Part shown: positions 21,147-27,733 of the stretch, in pieces
Numbering within the stretch: the first letter of the stretch is position 1
Layout of the letters: each line of letters begins with the position of its first letter
Assembly: GCF_008033135.1 (NCBI RefSeq)
Contig: NZ_CP041335.1
Span: forward strand, 499,513 to 531,512
DNA: 32,000 nucleotides
Direction: 5' to 3'
Source of the DNA: Chitinolyticbacter meiyuanensis
GTDB lineage: Bacteria > Pseudomonadota > Gammaproteobacteria > Burkholderiales > Chitinibacteraceae
Program-made: the position numbers and the translations under genes
The notes under the pieces: model-generated
Told to the model about the DNA's origin: nothing
What the model saw: only the letters and a program-made list of their open reading frames with translations
Database searches by the model: none

Positions 21147-22619
21147 TTAACCCCTAAATACGATCAATGCGGCGATGATCCATGCACCGGCAACCATTAA
21201 TTCGCCGATGATTTGTAGCGTTGAACAGATTTTAGATAGCGCAATGGTGACGCTTCGACCCATTACCGACACCTGTATGTCTTGAGGGCAGGAGCGCGAT
21301 AACCATGCATCGGTTTTGATGGCGCCTTGGAAGCTAATAGCATCGGACGAGTCGCCAAAAATTTGCCCTTTCACTTCTTCGAGACCAGTACCATCCATGG
21401 CACCTTGCCCTTTTTTATACAGGTCGCCCTCTTCAATTGTTTTAGCGTCTTGATCAGCCCGGCAGTACTCTTTCCAATTCACCTTTGCTATTTCACAACT
21501 GACCGCATCATCTGATTCACAGGTAAATGCTTCGCATGAAGCAGTTACGCTGCTTTTCGTGCCTTTGCATTGCTGTGCATTGGGATTGTTTTTGCAGTAT
21601 TCCTCGGACGGTTGATCCGTCGTTTCCGTGCGCGTTGTCGTGCAACCTTCAGGCTTGGTGCACGTAGAACCGTCCGGCATCTTTCCACCATTGGGAACAG
21701 TCGTCGTCGTGGTGTCCGTAGTCTTTACACCAGTGCCGGTATCAGTAGTGCTCTTGGTTGTCGTTTCCGTTGTCGGTTGACCACTGTCGGTGGTAGTTGT
21801 CTTAGTCGTTTGCGTTGTCGTCGTTACCGGCGTATCAGGCGAAGGATTGACGCATCTCACTTCACCATTGACGTACCCGAACGACTTTCCCTTAGCCAAG
21901 CAATCCCCCTCGGTTGTTTTAGGAACCGGCGTGGGGCCGGGCGTAGGAGAAGGACCGGGCGTTGGATTGACGGGCGTAGGAACTGGCGTAGGCTGCGCCG
22001 CAGGGTCTAATTCACCCCTTTCGCACGCCTCACCTATTGAGCGCTTGGCAGTAGACGTGCACGTATAGAAACCATTTTGCTTATTGCCGCAATAGAGACC
22101 GCCCGATGCCGCATACAAACAACCGTTGTCGCAGCGCAATACAAAATCGTCTATCGAGCTAGATTTAAACGTCATGCGCCCACCCATTGTGCCCTCGGCA
22201 GGGCATGGCTTTGGCGTCGGAGTCGGTGCAGGCGTCGGAGTCAGCGCTACACATTGCCCAGTTACAGGATCAAGCGTTGATGGCGAATTACAGGCTAAAC
22301 CGTCATCCGACAACATGGCAGCGGTTACAAGGCCCGTCCAAGTAGAGCCCGTCCACCGATCAACAGAACAGCCACTGCCAGCGACCTGCTTCATGTATGT
22401 ATTCGTTTTGTACGAAGACGGCGTCGCCGCATACCAAGCTTCACATGCGCCCCAAGCAGTATTCCCATATGCAGTAATACCCGGTGACGAATATGGAGAC
22501 TCGTTTGAAACGGCTTTCCATTTGGCAAGTGCTGGATTTGCGATTAGCAGCAGTGCAATTAATCCAATACCCAATAGAAGGCGACGAGCACCGCAAAAAT
22601 ATAGAGCCATACCATTCAT
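21147..22619 (-). CDS. gIII-like adsorption / minor coat protein
   Basis: 490-aa ORF with a signal-like N-terminus, Cys-rich domains separated by P/T linkers (TPTPAPTPTPKP; PTPVPTPVNPTPGPSPTPGPTPVP), a Thr-rich tract and a C-terminal membrane anchor (IIGELMVAGAWIIAALIVFRG). It sits after the major coat gene. Confidence 0.65.
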   Translation of the reverse strand: MNGMALYFCGARRLLLGIGLIALLLIANPALAKWKAVSNESPYSSPGITAYGNTAWGACEAWYAATPSSYKTNTYMKQVAGSGCSVDRWTGSTWTGLVTAAMLSDDGLACNSPSTLDPVTGQCVALTPTPAPTPTPKPCPAEGTMGGRMTFKSSSIDDFVLRCDNGCLYAASGGLYCGNKQNGFYTCTSTAKRSIGEACERGELDPAAQPTPVPTPVNPTPGPSPTPGPTPVPKTTEGDCLAKGKSFGYVNGEVRCVNPSPDTPVTTTTQTTKTTTTDSGQPTTETTTKSTTDTGTGVKTTDTTTTTVPNGGKMPDGSTCTKPEGCTTTRTETTDQPSEEYCKNNPNAQQCKGTKSSVTASCEAFTCESDDAVSCEIAKVNWKEYCRADQDAKTIEEGDLYKKGQGAMDGTGLEEVKGQIFGDSSDAISFQGAIKTDAWLSRSCPQDIQVSVMGRSVTIALSKICSTLQIIGELMVAGAWIIAALIVFRG

Positions 22620-22638
22620 TTCATCCCCGCCTAGGCAA

Positions 22639-22668
22639 TAAAAAAGCCGCCGCCAGATAGCGACGGCT
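22639..22668 (-). terminator. rho-independent terminator after the major coat gene
   Basis: Minus strand reads AGCCGTCGC-TATCTG-GCGGCGGCT (9-bp stem with one G:U) followed by TTTTTTATT, about 20 nt after the stop at 22687. Confidence 0.75.
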
Positions 22669-22686
22669 CGACCGGACCAGATGGAT

Positions 22687-22887
22687 TTACAGCGCGCCGC
22701 GAATCCACTTGTAAACCTTGATGCCGACGTAGATCAGCACCACGGCAGCACCGATGACACCAACGGCAGTCGCTGCATCGGTAATGCCGGCCGTAATCGA
22801 TGCGGTGTCGATGGCAGCAAAGGCCGCAGAAGTCGCAGCCATGAAACCTGCAGCGACAGGAGCAAAAAACTTAATCTTCTTGAACAT
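22687..22887 (-). CDS. gVIII-like major coat protein precursor
   Basis: 66-aa ORF with signal peptide [24 protein letters not shown]. The mature part of about 42 aa has an acidic N-terminus (AIDTASITAGITD), a hydrophobic core (AVGVIGAAVVLIYVGI) and a basic C-terminus (KVYKWIRGAL). Confidence 0.8.
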   Translation of the reverse strand: MFKKIKFFAPVAAGFMAATSAAFAAIDTASITAGITDAATAVGVIGAAVVLIYVGIKVYKWIRGAL

Positions 22888-23164
22888 CGTCTTTTTCCTT
22901 GATTTGACGGGCTATGGTTCGCCATCCCCATGCTATAGCCCAAAGCACGAGAATGGATGTGAGCAAGGAATTGGCTTCCGCCATGCTCAAATCTGGTAGT
23001 GTTTTTAACGACTGAATTTCGGCATGTGTCATCAGAATAAAACCCGGGCATTGTTCTGGCGGCACATCCCGATAGACCAAGGTATTACCCGTGCCCGGCG
23101 CATCCAAAGGACCACAACTAGCCGGCCCTGTACCACATAGCTTTACTTCAAAGCAGGTGGGCAT
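22871..23164 (-). CDS. hypothetical small prophage protein with C-terminal TM segment
   Basis: 97-aa ORF with a Cys-rich N-terminal half and a TM segment LLTSILVLWAIAWGW. It overlaps the coat gene start by 17 nt and may be a minor coat or morphogenesis protein. Confidence 0.45.
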   Translation of the reverse strand: MPTCFEVKLCGTGPASCGPLDAPGTGNTLVYRDVPPEQCPGFILMTHAEIQSLKTLPDLSMAEANSLLTSILVLWAIAWGWRTIARQIKEKDDVQED

Positions 23165-23165
23165 A

Positions 23166-23225
23166 TCAATTTCTCGACTTCCAAATTACAACGCCAATCA
23201 CCAGAGCGAGACCGGCAATGCTCAT
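23166..23225 (-). CDS. possible 19-codon hydrophobic mini-ORF (gVII/gIX-like size class)
   Basis: Hand translation gives MSIAGLALVIGVVIWKSRN*. Its stop TGA is 1 nt from the next ATG (TGATATG). No clear RBS, so this is speculative. Confidence 0.2.
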   Translation of the reverse strand: MSIAGLALVIGVVIWKSRN

Positions 23226-23235
23226 TACAGTTAAT

Positions 23236-23246
23236 GTGACAGTCAC
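23236..23246. promoter_or_regulatory. GTGACAGTCAC palindrome, copy 5 (extended ATGTGACAGTCACAT)
   Basis: Perfect copy in the short spacer between the Rep stop (23267) and the mini-ORF. The dyad extends to 15 bp (23234..23248). Confidence 0.55.
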
Positions 23247-23266
23247 ATATAAAGCAATTTGCGGAA

Positions 23267-24529
23267 TCATGCGGCCACCCGTTGTGCATGCTTGTAATCG
23301 CGCATTGCCAATAGATCGCGAATATCCAGCGGATTCATATTGAATAGGCTGGAATTACGCACCGGCATGACGCAAAGGCGATTGCTCGATTTAAATGGCT
23401 TGAAATCGCGCGGCACTTTAAGCGCCTCATCGAGCAAATAGACATTGCTGGCAAGCCAAGAGACGCCCGCGTCAATCAGCTTCTTACGGTTTTCGTAGAA
23501 TTGCGTCTTTGAATAGTCCATGCGCACAAGCGATTCACCTTCGGCCGCTAAGCGCATCCAGAAGGCGAGCAGGTTATTTGCAGAACGCGTGCCATACACG
23601 GATTGCAGACGGCTACGGACAGCTTCGTGATTGCGGACGGTTTCCATGTCGGAATCCCCCTCTTTAAGCAACTTTTGAACTTCGGTCGAATAAACGGATT
23701 CTAGGTATTCGTCAGTAATTTCTGAAACGAGCGGGTAACGGTCGCCAAAGTCATAATTCAATTTTGGCGCATTGATTTGCACTTCTACCCGTAGCCGTGA
23801 ATCAGCTATCTTCGCAAGTGCGCGCAAGGTGCGATGAACTTTGTTAACTTTTCTTGATTCGGTCCATTCGGACATATTCTTGTATTTAGCATTAAGAATC
23901 ACCGGCAGGATACGGCGGATTCTCGGCAAATCATGGGCGCGGAATTCCGGGCCTTTGTGATACAGCCGCAATGTCGTCATTTCGCCCGGAAAATGCAACG
24001 AGTGGTCGCCATGCTGGCTTGATTTATCTTTGCGACGCGGAAATACGGCTTTCTTCAATGCGCGGAAATATTCGGCTATTGCATCTGGGCTGAGATAGAA
24101 CATATGCGCCCAGTCAATACGACGTACTTCCCAGTATTTTGCCGATGGCAATTCCCAATTCGGGTCTTGCTGCGGATTAAGCAGTAATTCGGTTGTCGAT
24201 ATCAGCAAAAAGCACAGGGTTTGCACGTCAACGGGATTGCCATAGACATTTTGGCCATATAGCACTTTATGAACCGAGCACTCCAAGAGAATGTACGGTT
24301 CGCAAGGTACTAATTCGCAGCGACCTTTGATGTTGACCCAATCATCGCGGCAGACACGGAAGCTAATGCGGCTGTCGTAGCTGCCATCCAATTTGCCTGT
24401 CGTCATTTCGTAGAGCATTTCGCCGCTACGCAGATCGATACCTTGTTTGAGCGTGCATTGCTGTTCGAGGTAATCGGCCAATTGCGGATTAATGATCGGC
24501 GAACGCAGCTTGATCGTATCGACGGCCAT
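23267..24529 (-). CDS. putative rolling-circle replication initiation protein (gII / Rep_trans-like)
   Basis: Start chosen at ATG 24529 (MAVDTIKLRSPI...), overlapping the upstream ORF stop (TAATG). 420 aa. Blocks such as TLRLYHKGPEF and SRLRVEVQI resemble the (l/i)YdK..E and R.E. blocks of phage/plasmid Rep proteins. Size and position also fit. Not verified by search. Confidence 0.6.
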   Translation of the reverse strand: MAVDTIKLRSPIINPQLADYLEQQCTLKQGIDLRSGEMLYEMTTGKLDGSYDSRISFRVCRDDWVNIKGRCELVPCEPYILLECSVHKVLYGQNVYGNPVDVQTLCFLLISTTELLLNPQQDPNWELPSAKYWEVRRIDWAHMFYLSPDAIAEYFRALKKAVFPRRKDKSSQHGDHSLHFPGEMTTLRLYHKGPEFRAHDLPRIRRILPVILNAKYKNMSEWTESRKVNKVHRTLRALAKIADSRLRVEVQINAPKLNYDFGDRYPLVSEITDEYLESVYSTEVQKLLKEGDSDMETVRNHEAVRSRLQSVYGTRSANNLLAFWMRLAAEGESLVRMDYSKTQFYENRKKLIDAGVSWLASNVYLLDEALKVPRDFKPFKSSNRLCVMPVRNSSLFNMNPLDIRDLLAMRDYKHAQRVAA

Positions 24530-24795
24530 TATTCGATCACCGCCACGTTGATGGCCTTGAGATCTGCCACGTATCTGGCCCAGCGCGTCGGGCCGTAGAC
24601 ATTGAGCACGCCCGGCAGACCTTGGTGGTCCATCAGACACCACGCCATGAACAGCTCGGTGGCGTGAGGCTCTTTGTGGAACTCGTCGATGCGTTGCTGC
24701 ACTGCCGGAGTCGTCCGGGCCATCGTCGAGAGGGCCACAGCGCGTAACCGCTCTTGCTGGTTCAGGGCCTTTTGGCGATGCGAGACACGTGTCAT
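24529..24795 (-). CDS. hypothetical prophage protein
   Basis: 88-aa ORF translationally coupled to Rep. No family recognised. Confidence 0.45.
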   Translation of the reverse strand: MTRVSHRQKALNQQERLRAVALSTMARTTPAVQQRIDEFHKEPHATELFMAWCLMDHQGLPGVLNVYGPTRWARYVADLKAINVAVIE

Positions 24796-24870
24796 GGGGC
24801 TCTAGCGCTGTAAGGAAGTCGGTTTTCCGGTAAACCGGACTGATTCGGGGTGCTACATCCCGAACCCCGA

Positions 24871-24899
24871 AAAATCCGCCCCGGTTGGGGCGGCTTTTT
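24871..24899 (-). terminator. terminator-like hairpin after the 102-aa gene
   Basis: CCGCCCC-GGTT-GGGGCGG (7-bp stem) flanked by A5 and T5. On the minus strand it is followed by a T run, about 40 nt after the stop at 24934. Confidence 0.5.
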
Positions 24900-24933
24900 G
24901 GGAAAGGTTTCCGCTGTTTTTCTGACGAAGCCT

Positions 24934-25242
24934 TTAAGCTGGCTTGTGTTGCGGCTGAGGATCGCCATAACCAATGACGATGGGCTGCAAACGGCCAAAG
25001 CGCATGACGTTGTCCGTCACCAGATCAAGCCAAGCGGGGAACTTGACCTTTTCGAACTGAGGAAGCGTCTCGACTGCGAGATCAATCTCGCCGGGCTCAA
25101 AACCAAAGCCCTCTTTGGTGAAGGCTTCAGTCGCTGCAGGCTGGATGGGCGACCCGATGATCAGGGTGCACATGTCGTAGGGTTTCTTGCTGGCTTTGGC
25201 GATGCCTTTTTGGCGGCGGACGCCCAGAACGAGAGCTTTCAT
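24934..25242 (-). CDS. putative ssDNA-binding protein (gV-like)
   Basis: 102-aa ORF with a good RBS (AAAGGAAG) and first in the leftward operon. The N-terminal pattern RQKGIAKASKKPYDMCTL resembles the x-KG-x-PY-x segment of small inovirus ssDNA-binding proteins. The assignment rests on size, position and this weak similarity. Confidence 0.4.
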   Translation of the reverse strand: MKALVLGVRRQKGIAKASKKPYDMCTLIIGSPIQPAATEAFTKEGFGFEPGEIDLAVETLPQFEKVKFPAWLDLVTDNVMRFGRLQPIVIGYGDPQPQHKPA

Positions 25243-25320
25243 GCTGCTTCCTTTGAACGGTGAACGCGAAACGGTTTAGGATTCGCAATGAACCACCGAT
25301 TAAAAGAAGGCTTACCCCGT

Positions 25321-25372
25321 TCAACCAGTGATTGAATGCAAGCCGATAGAACCATTCAACGAGTGATTGAAT
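25321..25372. promoter_or_regulatory. two 17-bp direct repeats (candidate operators) in the divergent control region
   Basis: TCAACCAGTGATTGAAT (25321..25337) and TCAACGAGTGATTGAAT (25356..25372) match at 16/17 and lie 35 bp apart. Each contains an (A/G)TTCAA...TTGAAT inverted repeat. They sit between the divergent starts at 25242 (-) and 25397 (+). Confidence 0.5.
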
Positions 25373-25396
25373 CAATACCCGTAAAGAGGCCCAGTC

Positions 25397-25729
25397 ATGA
25401 AGACCAGCATAGATTTGCTTACTGAGTACCTAAGAGAGCATGAACAAAACGACGCAGCAAAGCTCTGCAACGTAAGCGCAGCAGCCGTAAGCGCATGGAA
25501 GAAGCGAGGAAGGGTTAGCCCTGCAGCAACAGTCAAAATCGGACTGTTCCTAGACTATCCCTATGATTTTCTTGTGAAAATTGTTGCGATCGAACAAGAA
25601 ACGACCGAAGAGGGCCGCAATTTTTTGACTCAACTGGCCCATACGCTACGCCCAGCGATGAGGACCGAGACTAATGGGCAGAAACGTCCGTCATGGCCCA
25701 GTCGAAGTGCGAGACCAGATCGCCGGTGA
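25397..25729 (+). CDS. Cro/CI-like HTH regulator; the 3' end crosses attR into host DNA
   Basis: 110-aa ORF with RBS AGAGG 7 nt upstream and HTH-like NDAAKLCNVSAAAVSAWKKRGRVSP. Codons after position 98 are host-derived (antisense of GH114). Confidence 0.7.
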   Translation: MKTSIDLLTEYLREHEQNDAAKLCNVSAAAVSAWKKRGRVSPAATVKIGLFLDYPYDFLVKIVAIEQETTEEGRNFLTQLAHTLRPAMRTETNGQKRPSWPSRSARPDRR

Positions 25730-26348
25730 GCGCGGGCGCGTTCTTCTGGCCGATGGACAGCCCGCGTGCATGCGCCTCGTCCGCCAACCAGCGGTTGTAG
25801 GCCAACTGATCGGCGCGGGTCAACGTAAAGCCGGTGTCGTTGGTGTAGCCCTCGATATTGTCCGGCTCCACGCCGTCGAAACCCTTGTCACGGCACAGGT
25901 CCAGCCGCGCACGCATGATGGGCGCCAGCTCGTCGATGCGCCGGATGTCCAGCCAGCGCTCGCCCGCCCAGCTGGCGTAGTCCTTGCCGAGTACGGCGGC
26001 GGGGAAGGCGTTGCGGTCCGGCCGCCAGTTTTCCCAGGCGCCGGCGTTCAGGTAGCAGATCACCCGCTTGCCGCGCGCCTTGAGCTGGCTTACCAGCTGG
26101 CTGGGCGTATCGAACAGGTCCAGATCATAGATGGCAACGTCCTGCGTGCTGTCGATATTGCCGTCGAGCTGCCATTGCCAGCTGGCGCCGGGTGCGGGAA
26201 TCCAGCGTGGCTGCGGATATGGCGTCGGGGTGGGTGTGGGATTCGGATTGATCACGATGCCGACCTCGGCATTGCAGCCGGCCAGCAGCAGCGCGGCACC
26301 GGCGACGGGCGTGGCCAGCCACCACAGCAGGGTTCGAGGCGAAGACAT
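25671..26348 (-). pseudogene. 5' part of a GH114 (endo-alpha-1,4-polygalactosaminidase-like) lipoprotein gene, interrupted by the prophage
   Basis: Start chosen at ATG 26348, with AGGAG upstream. Lipoprotein signal MSSPRTLLWWLATPVAGAALLLAGC. Conserved blocks include WQWQLDG, VICYLNAGAWENWRPD, GFDGVEPDNIEGY and GLSIGQKN. The reading frame leaves GH114-like sequence after ...SHFDWAMT and stops 5 phage-derived codons later. Confidence 0.8.
25687..25691. repeat. attR core (TCCGT)
   Basis: Shared pentanucleotide at the right phage/host junction. Confidence 0.6.
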
Positions 26349-26389
26349 GGCGGTACTCCTGACGTTGCCGGCCAGCATACGCCGACGCG

Positions 26390-27535
26390 CTAGCGGTCGA
26401 CGACGCCTGGGCTGCGGAATGGCGAGTGCATTTCCAGTTCGTCCCGGTAGCCGGCGACGAGTTCGCGTTCCTGCGCGAGGAAGCGGCCGACGGCATCGGC
26501 AAAGCCGGGGTGGGCCAGCCAGTGGGCGGAATGGGTGACGACCGGCGAGAAGCCGCGCGCCAGCTTGTGTTCCCCCTGCGCACCGCCTTCGAACACGGCG
26601 ATGCCGTGGCGAATCGCCCAGTCTATGCCCTGGTAGTAGCACAGCTCGAAGTGCAGGCCCGGCACCCAGCCGGCCTGGTCCCATTGCGCGCCCCAGTAGC
26701 GGCCGTACAGGCGATCCGGACCCACCAGGTCAAGCGCACAGGCAATGGGCTGACCATGCCGGCGGGCAAGGAACAGCAACCACTGCTCCGGCGCGGCGGC
26801 GTGGCTACCGGTGAAAAAATCGGCGTTGAGATAGGGGCTGGAGCGGTGCTCGTGATAGGTCTGTGCATAGCAGCGCAGGAAGAACGCCCAATGCTCGGCA
26901 GTGATCGCCGCGCCGTGCAGGGCTTCCACCTCGACGCCGGCTGCTGCCACCTTCCGGCGTTCCTGGCGGATCTTCTTGCGCTTGTCGTGTGACAGGCTCA
27001 TCAGGAAGTCGTCGAAATCGTGCCACGCGGGATCGCGCTGCCAATGGAACTGCAGCTGTTCGCGTCGCGCCAGCCCGGCCGCGTCGGCCGCGGCGAGATC
27101 GTCGGCGTCGCAGAACAGCAGATGCAGTGACGAGGCATCCTGCTGTCGCGCCAGCTCCTGCGCCGCGGCGAGCAGCTGCAGCCGGTCTTCATGGCTGCGT
27201 GCCAGAAGGCGCGGGCCGGGCAGCGGCGAGAATGGGATGGCCGACACCAGCTTGGGGTAATAGTCGTGGCCGTGCTCGGCATAGGCACGCGCCCATGCCC
27301 AATCGAAGACATATTCGCCGCGTGAATGGGACTTCAGGTACAGCGGCAACGCGGCAGCGAGGCGCTCGTTGCGCCACAGCGCCAGGTGGCACGGTTGCCA
27401 ACCGCTGGCGGCACTGGCGCAGCCGCTGGCTTCCAGCGCGGCGAGAAAACCGTGCTGCAGCGCCGGATGCGGGCCGGCAAGGCGGTTCCAGTCCGCGGCG
27501 GGCAGTTCGGTGAGGTCGGTGTGGATGCGGATCAT
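26390..27535 (-). CDS. DUF482 / FemAB-like (GNAT-fold) family protein
   Basis: Start chosen at ATG 27535 (MIRIHTDLTELPAADWNRL...). Blocks HGFLAALEASGC, PLYLKSHSRGEYVFDWAWA and YYPKLVSAIPFSPLPGPRLL are typical of this family. It lies directly upstream of the GH114 gene on the same strand. Confidence 0.8.
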   Translation of the reverse strand: MIRIHTDLTELPAADWNRLAGPHPALQHGFLAALEASGCASAASGWQPCHLALWRNERLAAALPLYLKSHSRGEYVFDWAWARAYAEHGHDYYPKLVSAIPFSPLPGPRLLARSHEDRLQLLAAAQELARQQDASSLHLLFCDADDLAAADAAGLARREQLQFHWQRDPAWHDFDDFLMSLSHDKRKKIRQERRKVAAAGVEVEALHGAAITAEHWAFFLRCYAQTYHEHRSSPYLNADFFTGSHAAAPEQWLLFLARRHGQPIACALDLVGPDRLYGRYWGAQWDQAGWVPGLHFELCYYQGIDWAIRHGIAVFEGGAQGEHKLARGFSPVVTHSAHWLAHPGFADAVGRFLAQERELVAGYRDELEMHSPFRSPGVVDR

Positions 27536-27733
27536 GGCTGACGGCCTGTAGCCAGGGGCAGACGAAGCGAGGGTGACAGCGCCGGGGCGGCGGCTTACAG
27601 TATCGCCCCGCTGCAGTGCAACAAACATACGCTAAAGCTGTAGCGGCGGCGATGGGGGACTGAGGGACATGCCTTAGCGACGCCTTGTAAGCATCAGACT
27701 ACCATCGCCTCACGCTTTCGGAGAGTGGTACGC

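Larger units (their letters stand above)
17548..25691. mobile_element. integrated inovirus-type (filamentous) prophage, about 8.1 kb, bounded by TCCGT cores
   Basis: Contains a serine recombinase, H-NS-like gene, Zot/gI, DUF2523/gVI-like, gIII-like, gVIII-like major coat, Rep, a putative ssDNA-binding protein and an HTH regulator. G+C is visibly lower than in the flanks. It splits a GH114 gene, and the same TCCGT occurs at 17548..17552 and 25687..25691. Confidence 0.85.
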
